Under the pieces are notes generated by a model, which saw nothing but the letters and a program-made list of their open reading frames with translations, did no database searches and was not told where the DNA came from. From Candidatus Limnocylindrales bacterium (GTDB lineage: Bacteria; Chloroflexota; Limnocylindria; Limnocylindrales; CSP1-4): DNA of 64,000 nucleotides. Shown piece by piece: positions 46,683 to 55,378 of this stretch (position 1 is the first letter of the stretch; each line of letters begins with the position of its first letter). Where the stretch lies: the NCBI GenBank assembly GCA_038915165.1, contig JBCLDE010000001.1:6234-70233 (forward strand). Direction: 5' to 3'. Position numbers and translations under genes: made by a program.

Positions 46683-47882
46683 CTAGCCGGCTCTGAACCG
46701 TGCGGCCTCGTCCGACCCGCGCGTCGCGTCGCCCGCGCTGTAGGAGTGCGCTCCGGCTCCGGCGAGCTTGCCGCCGTCGACGATCAGGTACTCCTCGCGG
46801 ATCGGGCGGTTGTCAAACCAGCACTCCAGGATCTCCCGGACACCGGCCGCGTAGCGAGCCTGCGCCGAGAGCGTGGTGCCGGACGTGTGCGGGGTCATCG
46901 CGTGATTGGGCATCGTCCGCCAGGGATGATCCTGTGGCGCGGGCTGGGGGAACCAGACATCGCCGGCATAGCCCGCCAGCTGGCCGCTCTCGAGCGCCCG
47001 CACCACGGCGTCGCGGTCGCAGATCTTGCCGCGCGCCGTGTTGACGAGGTAGGCGCCGCGCTTCATCTGCCCGATAAGATCGTCATCGAAGAGGTGCTCG
47101 GTCTCGGGATGCAGCGGCGTGTTGATCGTCACGACGTCACACACACGCACGAGCGACTCGACGTCCGGGTGATACGTGACGTCGAGGGCCTGCTCGAGGG
47201 CGGGAACACGGTGGCGGTCAGTGTAATGCAGCCCGACCTCGAACGGCTTCAGCCGTCGCAGTACCGCGGAGCCGATCCGCCCGGCCCCGACGGTGCCAAC
47301 CTGCATCCCCTCCAGGTCGTAGGCGCGGGACACGCAGTCCGCGATATGCCAGCCGCCGGCGACGACCCGCTGGTAGGACGGGATGTAGTTGCGGACGAGC
47401 GACAGGATCAGCATCACGACGTGCTCGGAGACGCTGATGCTGTTCGAGTACGTCACCTCGGCGACGGTGATGCCCCGGTCGATCGCGGCCTGGAGATCGA
47501 CGTGGTCCGAGCCGATCCCGGCCGTCACTGCGAGCTTCAGCCGCGGCGCCTTGGCGATCCGCTCCGCCGTCAGGTAGGCGGGCCAGAACGGCTGCGAGAT
47601 CACGATCTCCGCCTCGGGCAGCTCGCGCTCGAAGACGGAGTCCGGCCCGTCCTTGTCAGAGGTCACGATCAGCCGGTGCCCGCGCTCCTCGAGGAACCGC
47701 CGCAGCCCGAGCTCGCCCGACACGCTCCCGAGCAGCTCGCCCGGCGTGAAGTCGATGCGCTCCGGCGAGGGCGTGGCCTGACCATCGGGGTAGCGCTCGA
47801 TCCTCGGGATCGCGTCACGGGCGTACGATGTCGGGTAGCCTGCCACGGGGTCGTCGTAGAGAATGCACAGGATAGTAGCCAT
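46683..47882 (-). CDS. fdh: NAD-dependent formate dehydrogenase
   Basis: The product is nearly colinear with the Pseudomonas sp. 101 / Mycobacterium vaccae FDH sequences as I remember them: ILCILYDDPVAGYPTSYARD, TPGELLGSVSGELGLR, VTSDKDGPDSVFERELPEAEIVISQPFWPAYLTAERIAKA, TAGIGSDHVDLQAAIDRGITVAEVTYSNSISVSEHVVM, GTVGAGRIG, GDVWFPQPAPQDHPWR. Confidence 0.9.
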   Translation of the reverse strand: MATILCILYDDPVAGYPTSYARDAIPRIERYPDGQATPSPERIDFTPGELLGSVSGELGLRRFLEERGHRLIVTSDKDGPDSVFERELPEAEIVISQPFWPAYLTAERIAKAPRLKLAVTAGIGSDHVDLQAAIDRGITVAEVTYSNSISVSEHVVMLILSLVRNYIPSYQRVVAGGWHIADCVSRAYDLEGMQVGTVGAGRIGSAVLRRLKPFEVGLHYTDRHRVPALEQALDVTYHPDVESLVRVCDVVTINTPLHPETEHLFDDDLIGQMKRGAYLVNTARGKICDRDAVVRALESGQLAGYAGDVWFPQPAPQDHPWRTMPNHAMTPHTSGTTLSAQARYAAGVREILECWFDNRPIREEYLIVDGGKLAGAGAHSYSAGDATRGSDEAARFRAG

Positions 47883-48102
47883 CTGGATGCCCCTTGCCTA
47901 TCACCGAGTCGAACGCGATCGCCATCATACGCCGCTGTTGCCGTCTGGGCCGGCGGATGCAGGCGACGCACACGAATTCGTGGGTAGGCATGGCGGGGAC
48001 CCTGATGACCGGTGTGATGCCGCGCAGGCGACGTCGGCCAGAATATGAGCTAGCGGCTCGAGCGCCCACCCCATCACGCGAGCCCACGGAGGTCAAGGCA
48101 TC

Positions 48103-48237
48103 ATGCTTGCCGAGCCCACGGTCCTGATCGGTATCGGGGGAATCCTGGGAGCCAATGCCCGTTATCTCGAGGGCCACCGTGGGCAGCGCCCTGACCACCC
48201 GTTCAAGCACGAGACAAGGGTGTGGCTCGGGCGGTAG
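48103..48237 (+). pseudogene. crcB: crcB (fluoride channel) N-terminal remnant
   Basis: A GGAGG RBS precedes MLAEPTVLIGIGGILGANARYL, the typical CrcB start with G-G-x-x-G-x-x-x-R-Y. The rest is non-membrane sequence ending at TAG 48235..48237. Only about 22 codons look CrcB-like. Confidence 0.45.
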
Positions 48238-48399
48238 GACTCGGGAGCCCTCGATGGGTCACCCTACTGCTCGTCTCACTCCGCACGGATAGGGCGGCTC
48301 TGCCCGGCGAAGCAGGAAGCCCAACGGGGACTTCGACCGTCCCGGGCGGCACAAGTCTGCGGGCGCGGCGGGCAGAGCCAGGCTCTGAGCCGGGCGGCC

Positions 48400-48996
48400 T
48401 TACTTCTTGGCAGCCGTGTAGTACGGGTTCTCGCCGGAGGCGTGATCGGTCGTGTCGACGATCGCGATGATCTCGGGCACGGCCTGCCTGATCGAGACCT
48501 CGACGCCCTGGCGAAGCGTGACGTCCACCTGGGCGCAGCCGACGCAGCCGCCGCCCATCGAGATGAAGGCGGTTCCGTCACGGACCTCGAGCAGGTCGAT
48601 ATAGCCGCCGTGGGCCGCGACGCCCGGGTTCACCTGGGTGTCGAGCACGAACTGAACGCGTGCCGCGAGCGGATCGGCCCAGCCGGCGTTCGGGTTGTCG
48701 ATCGCGATGGCGCCGCCGACCGTGGACGCGTCCAGTCCGATCGTGGCGCCGCGCAGCTGGTCGGCGTCGGCGGCCGGCACGTACACCACGCCCTGGGGCG
48801 TTTGGACCACGAGGTCGGTCGGGTCGACCTCGTTGGGCGAAACGAGGGAGAAGCTGTAGGTGAAGCTCGGCCCGCGGTGCCCGGTGATCGCCACGCGCAG
48901 TCGCGCGTCCGGGTGGCCGGCGCTTTTCGCGGCGGCCGCGATCTTGGCCTGGGCTTCGGGGGTGATGAGCAGGAGTGGCACGTCCACAGGCGGCAT
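48400..48996 (-). CDS. NfuA-like Fe-S carrier (degenerate A-type N-domain + Nfu C-domain)
   Basis: The N-terminal half reads ITPEAQAKIAAAAKSAGHPDARLRVAITGHRGPSFTYSFSLV. The C-terminal half reads VNPGVAAHGGYIDLLEVRDGTAFISMGGGCVGCAQVDVTLRQGVE, the Nfu CxxC motif. Confidence 0.8.
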   Translation of the reverse strand: MPPVDVPLLLITPEAQAKIAAAAKSAGHPDARLRVAITGHRGPSFTYSFSLVSPNEVDPTDLVVQTPQGVVYVPAADADQLRGATIGLDASTVGGAIAIDNPNAGWADPLAARVQFVLDTQVNPGVAAHGGYIDLLEVRDGTAFISMGGGCVGCAQVDVTLRQGVEVSIRQAVPEIIAIVDTTDHASGENPYYTAAKK

Positions 48997-49104
48997 CCTA
49001 CGCCAGTTGCCTCCCGAGGTCGAGCGCGGGATCCCCGGTCGCGCGAGGTCGTGGGCGCCGGCTGGCGCTGGTGATCTGGCCGCGCGAGGCGCAGAATCGA
49101 GACG

Positions 49105-49500
49105 ATGACCCGGATCCTGCTGCTCCTGCCGACGCGCACCTACCGGACCGCCGACTTTCTAGCCGCGGCGGATCGGTTGGGCCTGGAGGTCGTGGTCGGG
49201 TCGGAGCGGCGGAATGCGCTCGAAGCACTGACCGGCGGCGGGACGCTCCGGGTCCAGCTGGGCGACCCGGCGCGTGGCGCTGCGACGATCGAGCGGTACG
49301 CCGCGGACCGTCCGCTCGATGCCGTGATCGGCGTCGACGACGGATCGACGCTGGTCGCCGCCATGGCGGCCGAGCGGCTGGGCCTGCCGCACAACCCGGT
49401 CGCAGCAGTCGAACGAAGCCGGGACAAGGCACGGGCACGCCAGACCTTCGCGGCGGCCGGCCTGCCGACACCCGGCTTCGCAACGCATCCTCGTCGGTGA
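49105..49500 (+). pseudogene. 5' fragment of an ATP-grasp enzyme gene (pre-ATP-grasp domain only)
   Basis: The fragment reads MTRILLLLPTRTYRTADFLAAADRLGLEVVVGS...VIGVDDGSTLVAAMAAERLGLPHNPVAAVERSRDKARARQTFAAAGLPTPGF and then hits a stop. Full-length relatives continue for about 250 more residues. No continuation is seen in any frame. Confidence 0.5.
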
Positions 49501-49558
49501 CAGCGAGTCCGAGATCAGGATGGTAGCGGTCGGCACCGTGCAGCGATAGGCTGGTGCC

Positions 49559-50359
49559 ATGCTCACGCGGATCGACCACCTCGTCATCGCCTGCGCAGAC
49601 CCTGATGCGGCGGCCGCCGACCTCGAACGCACGGTCGGGCTGGCTCCCGGCGGTGGCGGACGCCACGACGCGCTCGGGACGTACAACCGGCTCGTCTGGC
49701 TAGGGGATTCCTACCTCGAGCTGATCGGGGTGTTCGACCGCGACCTAGCCGCCCGATCGTGGATCGGCGCGCCATCGCTCCGTGCACTCGACGGGGGAGG
49801 TGGGCTCGCGACGTGGGCCGTTGCCACAGACGCGATCGATGAGGACGTCGCCCGGCTGAACGCCCGGGGCGCGAACCTGGCAGCGCCGATCGACGGCGAG
49901 CGCCGACGGCCCGACGGCGCGGTCGTACGCTGGCGGCTCGCCGCGCCTCGGGAGCTCGGACCGGCAACCCCGCCGTTTCTCATCGAACACGACCCGACGG
50001 CCGCCGAGTGGACGGCGCCAGAGCGTGCCGCCCGAGCCGCCCAGACCCACCCACTCGGGGCGTCCATCCGGCTCGAGACGCTCGAGATCGACGTACCCGA
50101 TATCGCTCGAACGAGCGGCGCGCTCTTTCGGACCGTCGGGATCGGGCCGTTCCGTCCATCGCTGTCCGGCCGTCGCACCCGCGACGCGCCCATCGGCCGG
50201 CAGACGGTCCGGCTCCGGGCCGCGATGGGGCTCGTCACCGTGGCGACATGGCCCGTTGCCACGATCCATCTGCGGGCTGTGCCCGTGGACTTCACCGCCA
50301 CACCGGTCGAGCCACGCACGGTCGAGTTCCTGGGGTGTCGGTTCATCGTCGCGCCGTGA
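49559..50359 (+). CDS. glyoxalase-like (VOC superfamily) domain protein
   Basis: The product reads MLTRIDHLVIACADPDAAAADLERTVGL...HDALGTYNRLVWLGDSYLELIGV...PPFLIEHD. Confidence 0.65.
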   Translation: MLTRIDHLVIACADPDAAAADLERTVGLAPGGGGRHDALGTYNRLVWLGDSYLELIGVFDRDLAARSWIGAPSLRALDGGGGLATWAVATDAIDEDVARLNARGANLAAPIDGERRRPDGAVVRWRLAAPRELGPATPPFLIEHDPTAAEWTAPERAARAAQTHPLGASIRLETLEIDVPDIARTSGALFRTVGIGPFRPSLSGRRTRDAPIGRQTVRLRAAMGLVTVATWPVATIHLRAVPVDFTATPVEPRTVEFLGCRFIVAP

Positions 50360-50394
50360 GGCCCGCCTAGCTTGCACCCCGTCTCCGCGACCAC

Positions 50395-51000
50395 GCCTTG
50401 GCACTCGGCTCGCTGCTGCTGGGCGGCACACCCATCCGCCTCACGGGCCAGGACACCCTGCTCGTCACGTTCGCCAGCGCCACCTCGTGTTGCGCGATGT
50501 GACGAATGGCAGGGCGCATGCGCCGATCCAGCATCTGGCCGAGGCGAAGGCACCGCTGGAGCTGCGCGAGACGTCCCGCTGTCGGAGTACGGCTGTCTCG
50601 GCTTCGAATACGGGTACGCGGTCGAGGCGCCGGAGACGCCCGTACTGTGGGTGGCCCAATACGGCGACTTCGTCAAAGGCGCCGAGGTGATCATCGACCA
50701 GTTCCTCATCGCCGGCTTCGCCAAGTGGGGCCAGACCTCCCGCCTCACGCTGTTCCTGCCGCACGGCTACGAAGGCCAGCGGCCCGAGCACTCGAGTGCC
50801 AGCCTCGGCTCGTTTTGTGCAGCGGGCGGGTCTACTACGACCTGATCCTCTCTTCCCTTCGTGGCCTGGGCAGATCGCGTGGCCATCGCCCGCGTGGAGT
50901 GGCCATCGCCCGCGTGGAGCTGCCCTATCCCTTCCCGGGCCTCGAGAGCGTCGTCTGGGCGCAGGAAGGGCCACGCAAGATGCGCCTATCGTCCAAGCTC
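50395..51000 (+). pseudogene. sucA: decayed 3' fragment of a second 2-oxoglutarate dehydrogenase E1 (sucA/kgd paralog)
   Basis: The fragment is colinear with kgd 58870..59720 of this window: [21 protein letters not shown]..., [74 protein letters not shown], ...YYDL..., ...LPYPFPG...VVWAQEGPRKM. It carries frameshifts, an internal deletion and a 20-bp tandem duplication at 50880..50919. Confidence 0.75.
50880..50919. repeat. perfect 20-bp tandem duplication (tggccatcgcccgcgtggag x2) inside the sucA remnant
   Basis: Read directly from the sequence. The intact kgd has a single copy of the homologous segment (HDVAIGRVELLYPFPG). Confidence 0.95.
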
Positions 51001-51029
51001 TCAGCTAAGATACATTCAAGAGGCACGCC

Positions 51030-53000
51030 ATAGGCCAGAACGTCACCCAGAAGCTCATCGCATCCCACCTGGTCTCCGGCGACCTCACCATCGGGAGCGA
51101 GATCGGCCTGCGCATCGACCAGACGCTCACCCAGGACGCCACCGGGACGATGGTCATGCTCGAGCTCGATGCGCTCGGCCTCGACCGGGCGCGAACCGAG
51201 GTGTCGGTGCAGTACGTCGACCACAACCTCCTGCAGACCGACAACAAGAACGCCGAGGACCACGAGTTTCTGCGCTCGGGCTGTAAACGCTTCGGACTCT
51301 GGTACTCGAAGGCCGGCAACGGCATCTCCCACCCCACTCACATGCAGCGCTTCGGCATCCCAGGCAAGACGCTGGTCGGCTCGGACAGCCACACCCCTGC
51401 TGCCGGCTCGCTGGGCATGCTGGCGATCGGGCTCGGCGGCGTCGAGGTGGCGATGGCGATCGCCGGCGAACCCGTCTACCTGCGGATGCCCGAGATCTGG
51501 GGGGTCCGCCTGACTGGCGAGCTGCCGGCCTGGGTCAGCGCCAAGGACGTCATCCTCGAGATGCTCCGCCGGCACGGCGTCAAGGGCGGCGTCAACCGGA
51601 TCATCGAGTACCACGGTCCTGGTCTGGCGCACCTCGCGGCGATGGACCGGCACGTGATCGCGAATATGGGGGCTGAGCTGGGCGCCACGAGCACGGTCTT
51701 CCCGGCCGATGACCAGGTCCGGACGTTCCTTCGTGCCGAGCAGCGCGAGGCCGATTTCGTCGAGCTCCTCGCCGACGTCGACGCGACGTACGACGTGACC
51801 GAGGAGATCGATCTGTCCACCCTCGAGCCGCTGATCGCGCTGCCAAGCTCACCAGGCAACGTCGTCCCGGTCCGCGAGGTAGCCGGCCGAGAGGTCGCGC
51901 AGGTCGTCGTCGGCTCGTCGGCCAACCCCGGGCTGCGCGACTTCGCTGTCGTCGCCGCGATTGTTCTCGGGAGGCAGACCCATCCCCGCGTCTCCTTCGA
52001 CGTCAACCCCTCGTCGCGGGAGATCCTGCAGGACCTCACGGACATGGGTGCGACGCTCGGTTTGATCGCGGCCGGCGCGCGGCTCCACCAGTCCGGCTGC
52101 ATGGGCTGTATCGGTATGGGCCAGGCGCCGGCGACCGGGCGGAACAGCCTGCGGACGTTCCCACGCAACTTCCCGGGCCGGTCCGGGACGAGGGAGGACT
52201 CGGTCTACCTCTGCTCCCCGGAGACCGCCGCCGCGGCCGCGCTGACGGGCGAGATCACCGATCCACGCGATCTGCCGCGGCTGCTCGGCATCGACTACCC
52301 GCATGTCGAGCTGCCGGCCCGCTCCAGCGTGAACCTCGCGATGTTCGAGCCGCCGCTGCCGACGAAGGAGGCCCGGCGGGTTGAGCTGGTCATCGGGTCG
52401 AACATCTCCGCGCTGCCCGACTTCGACCCGCTGCCCGAGCGAATCGAGGCCCCCGTCGCACTCAAGGTCGGCGATGACGTGTCGACCGACGAGATCCTGC
52501 CGGCCGGCGAGCGGGTGCTGCCCTACCGTAGCAACATCCCCAGGCTGGCCGAGTTCGCCTTCCTGCCGATCGACGAGAGCTACCCGGCTCGGGCACTCGC
52601 CACCAGGGAAGGCAGCGGCCACATCGTGGTCGGCGGCGCCAACTACGGACAGGGATCCTCGCGAGAGCATGCCGTGATCGCGCCGCGCTACCTCGGCCTA
52701 CGCGCGGTCCTCGCCGTCTCCTTCGCCCGCATCCACTGGCAGAACCTGGCGAGTTTCGGGGTGCTGGCGCTGGAGTTCGTTGACCCCGAGGACTATGAGC
52801 GAGTCGTGCGGGATGACGTCCTCGTCATCGAGGGCATTCGGGATGCGATCGCCTCGGGCACCGAGGTCAAGGTCCGCAACGCCACCCGCGGCGAGGTATT
52901 CGTTACCCAGCACCGACTGTCCGGTCGGCAGGTCTCCCTGTTGCTGGCCGGTGGACTGATCCCGTGGCTCCGCGGGCGGGCGAGCGGGCCGACGGCTTGA
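51030..53000 (+). CDS. aconitase-family hydratase (about 656 aa) whose conserved N-terminus begins at an ATA codon with a well-spaced SD
   Basis: In frame from 51030 the product reads (I)GQNVTQKLIASHLVSGDLTIGSEIGLRIDQTLTQDATGTMVMLE..., then GSDSHTPAAGSLGMLAIG, GCMGCIGMG and GANYGQGSSREHA. The frame opens after TAA at 51006. There is no ATG, GTG or TTG before 51150. AAGAGG at 51018..51023 lies 6 nt before ATA 51030. Confidence 0.85.
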   Translation: MGQNVTQKLIASHLVSGDLTIGSEIGLRIDQTLTQDATGTMVMLELDALGLDRARTEVSVQYVDHNLLQTDNKNAEDHEFLRSGCKRFGLWYSKAGNGISHPTHMQRFGIPGKTLVGSDSHTPAAGSLGMLAIGLGGVEVAMAIAGEPVYLRMPEIWGVRLTGELPAWVSAKDVILEMLRRHGVKGGVNRIIEYHGPGLAHLAAMDRHVIANMGAELGATSTVFPADDQVRTFLRAEQREADFVELLADVDATYDVTEEIDLSTLEPLIALPSSPGNVVPVREVAGREVAQVVVGSSANPGLRDFAVVAAIVLGRQTHPRVSFDVNPSSREILQDLTDMGATLGLIAAGARLHQSGCMGCIGMGQAPATGRNSLRTFPRNFPGRSGTREDSVYLCSPETAAAAALTGEITDPRDLPRLLGIDYPHVELPARSSVNLAMFEPPLPTKEARRVELVIGSNISALPDFDPLPERIEAPVALKVGDDVSTDEILPAGERVLPYRSNIPRLAEFAFLPIDESYPARALATREGSGHIVVGGANYGQGSSREHAVIAPRYLGLRAVLAVSFARIHWQNLASFGVLALEFVDPEDYERVVRDDVLVIEGIRDAIASGTEVKVRNATRGEVFVTQHRLSGRQVSLLLAGGLIPWLRGRASGPTA

Positions 53001-53169
53001 GGAGATCGTCGGCGAGACGACGACGTCAGCTCGACCGCCGATCCACTGCCGGGGACGGCGAGCCGATGGTGCCCGCGCTTCACTTCGCAGCAGCCAAAAT
53101 CCACTTTTGATCAAACCCGCAGCGGTGAAGCGATGGCTCGCTCCCGTCGACGGCCGGGGCCGCAATCAA

Positions 53170-53305
53170 CTCGATCAATCGCGCTCTCGCCCTCGCGACA
53201 CCGCTGGCCGAAGCCCGGGACTCGATGCCGGTGAGTCCACGAGACGTTCGCCGAGGGGACCTGCTCGGCGGGCTGATCCACGAGCACCGCGGAGCGGCCG
53301 CGTGA
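53170..53305 (+). mobile_element. short C-terminal remnant of an rve/DDE transposase
   Basis: The frame ending at TGA 53303..53305 reads ...RRGDLLGGLIHEHRGAAA. This resembles the ...LGGL(I/L)xEYxRAA C-terminus common in IS481/IS3-type integrases. No intact upstream ORF is present. Confidence 0.3.
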
Positions 53306-53332
53306 TCGAATCTGGATTTCCGAACCCCACGG

Positions 53333-55072
53333 GTGCACCATGAGTCTGTGCACCGAACCGAGACCTCCAACGTCCTCGTCATCGGCACCGGCGCGGCCGG
53401 CTACCGCGCCGCCATCGCTGCCACACAGGCGGGCGTTCAGGTGCTCATGCTCGGGAAGCGCGCGCGGCTGGACGCACACACTGTGCTGGCCTCCGGCGGC
53501 ATCAACGCGGCGCTCGGGACGCGCGACCCGGAGGACTCCTGGGAGCAGCACTTCGCCGACACCGTGCGCGAGGGCTACTTCCTCGGACATCCTCGGCCGG
53601 TCGAGATCATGGCGCGTGAGTCGCCGGACGCCGTGCTCGAGCTCGCCGCCTGGGGGTGCGAGTTCGCGCGCACAGAGGACGGCGAACTGGACCAGCGCTT
53701 CTTCGGCGCCCACCGCTGGCGGCGAACTTGCTACGCCGGCGACTTCACCGGACGCGCGATCCTGCGCACCGTTGCTGCGAAGGCCGCCGAGCTCGGCATC
53801 CGTGTCGAGGAGGACCAGTACGTCTCTCGGCTGCTCGTCGCCGACGGAACGTGCTTTGGCGCGCTCGCGTTCGACCTGCACACTGGCGAGCGGACCGTTC
53901 ACCTCGCCGACGCGGTCATCCTCGCGACGGGCGGTCACACGCGCATCTGGCGACGGAGCTCCTCGCGTCGCGACGAGAACTATGGTGACGGTATGCGCCT
54001 GGCGCTCGACGCGGGCTGCCGGCTCATGGACATGGAGCTGGTCCAGTTCCACCCGACCGGCATGGTGTTCCCCGAGGAGGCGGCGGGGACCCTTGTCACG
54101 GAAGCCGTCCGCGGCGAGGGCGGGCGCCTGTACAACGCGGTCGGCGAGCGGTACATGGAGCGTTATGACCCTGTCCGGCTCGAGCTCAGCTCGCGTGACC
54201 GCGTGGCGCTGGCGAACTACACCGAGATCGTCCAGGGACGAGGCGGCCCGCACGGCGGCGTGTTCCTCGACATCACCCACCGTGGCAAGGACTACATCTG
54301 CGAGAAGCTGCCGCGCATGTACCGTCAGTTCGTCGAGTGGCAGATGCTTGACATCTCACGCGAGCCGATGGAGGTTGCCCCGACCGCGCACTACACGATG
54401 GGCGGGATCGTCGTCGATCCGGAGACGCACGCGACAGACGTGCCGGGTCTCTATGCCGCCGGCGAGTGCGTCGGCGGACTGCATGGCGCGAACCGGCTCG
54501 GCGGGAACTCACTCGGCGAGGCGCTGATCTCCGGACGCCGCGCCGGCGAGGCGGCGGCGGCCTTCGCGCTCGAAGCCGAGGCCTTCATACGGTCGCGGCG
54601 TGCGATCAACGAGGGGCTCGACGAGCTGGACGCGTTGACTCGACCCGGCGCCGAGCTTGCCCGTCCGCTCCAGCGCCGCCTGCGCGACGTGATGTGGGAG
54701 CGGTGCGGGGTCGTCCGCGACGAGAACGGCCTGCGGGAGGGCCTGAGGGAGATCGAGGTTCTACGCGAGACCGCCGCCGACGTCGACGTTCGGCCGGGCG
54801 CCGAAGGCTGGACGGACCTCGCGCACGCGCTCGACCTGCGCGCCGGACTCACGGTCGCCGAGGCCACCCTGCGCGGCGCCATCGAGCGGCGCGAGACGCG
54901 CGGGGCGCACAACCGTACCGACTTTCCCGATCTCGACCCGACGCTCCAGGTGAACTTCTACGTCGACGCCCGGATGGACCCGTGGAGCGAGCCCGTTCCG
55001 GGCGTGCCGGATGAGCTCCGCGAATGGACCGAACGTCCCGTCGAACTCGGCGCCGAGCGGCTGCTCGAATGA
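53333..55072 (+). CDS. SdhA/FrdA/NadB-family FAD flavoprotein (stand-alone; no Fe-S or membrane subunit adjacent)
   Basis: VLVIGTGAAGYRAA, LASGGINAAL, MELVQFHPTGM, PTAHYTMGGI and AAGECVGGLHGANRLGGNSL are present. Confidence 0.8.
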   Translation: MHHESVHRTETSNVLVIGTGAAGYRAAIAATQAGVQVLMLGKRARLDAHTVLASGGINAALGTRDPEDSWEQHFADTVREGYFLGHPRPVEIMARESPDAVLELAAWGCEFARTEDGELDQRFFGAHRWRRTCYAGDFTGRAILRTVAAKAAELGIRVEEDQYVSRLLVADGTCFGALAFDLHTGERTVHLADAVILATGGHTRIWRRSSSRRDENYGDGMRLALDAGCRLMDMELVQFHPTGMVFPEEAAGTLVTEAVRGEGGRLYNAVGERYMERYDPVRLELSSRDRVALANYTEIVQGRGGPHGGVFLDITHRGKDYICEKLPRMYRQFVEWQMLDISREPMEVAPTAHYTMGGIVVDPETHATDVPGLYAAGECVGGLHGANRLGGNSLGEALISGRRAGEAAAAFALEAEAFIRSRRAINEGLDELDALTRPGAELARPLQRRLRDVMWERCGVVRDENGLREGLREIEVLRETAADVDVRPGAEGWTDLAHALDLRAGLTVAEATLRGAIERRETRGAHNRTDFPDLDPTLQVNFYVDARMDPWSEPVPGVPDELREWTERPVELGAERLLE

Positions 55073-55111
55073 CGTCGATCGGTGTACGGTGGAACCGCAC
55101 GGAGGTGTCGC

Positions 55112-55378
55112 ATGTCCGCCGGACACGACCCGGCCGAGGCGATCGGCCAGGTGACCCACTACTTCAGCCATCGCTCGGTTGCCGCAGTCCGCTTGAGCGC
55201 GCCGCTCGCCCTGGGCGACAAGATCCACATTCGCGGTCACACCACCGACCTCGTCCAGAACGTCGCGTCGATGGAGGTCGAGCGCGCGAAGGTCGACCGG
55301 GCAGGCCCCGGGGACGACGTTGCCCTCGAGGTCGACGATCACGTCCGGGACCGCGACCTGATCTTCCACGAGGCGTAG
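55112..55378 (+). CDS. small EF-Tu-domain-2-like beta-barrel protein (translation elongation factor-like)
   Basis: The product reads IGQVTHYFSHRSVAAVRLSAPLALGDKIHIRGHTTDLVQNVASMEVERAKVDRAGPGDDVALEV. The assignment is a pattern memory only. Confidence 0.5.
   Translation: MSAGHDPAEAIGQVTHYFSHRSVAAVRLSAPLALGDKIHIRGHTTDLVQNVASMEVERAKVDRAGPGDDVALEVDDHVRDRDLIFHEA

Noticed and set aside
48000-48102. Possible fluoride riboswitch upstream of the crcB remnant (contains ...GGCATGG...CTGATGACC...)
   Set aside because: Only a CUGAUGA-like fragment resembles the crcB motif as I recall it. The expected paired GGCGAUGG...CCUAC elements and the internal hairpin are not evident. It needs an Infernal scan before any claim.
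48296-48360. SRP-RNA-like string GAAGCAGGAAGCC
   Set aside because: It lacks the GGAA tetraloop context and flanking helices of 4.5S RNA domain IV. The resemblance is superficial.
53111-54280. 389-aa minus-strand ORF antisense to the SdhA-like gene
   Set aside because: No motifs were found. The sense strand has FAD-binding and active-site signatures.
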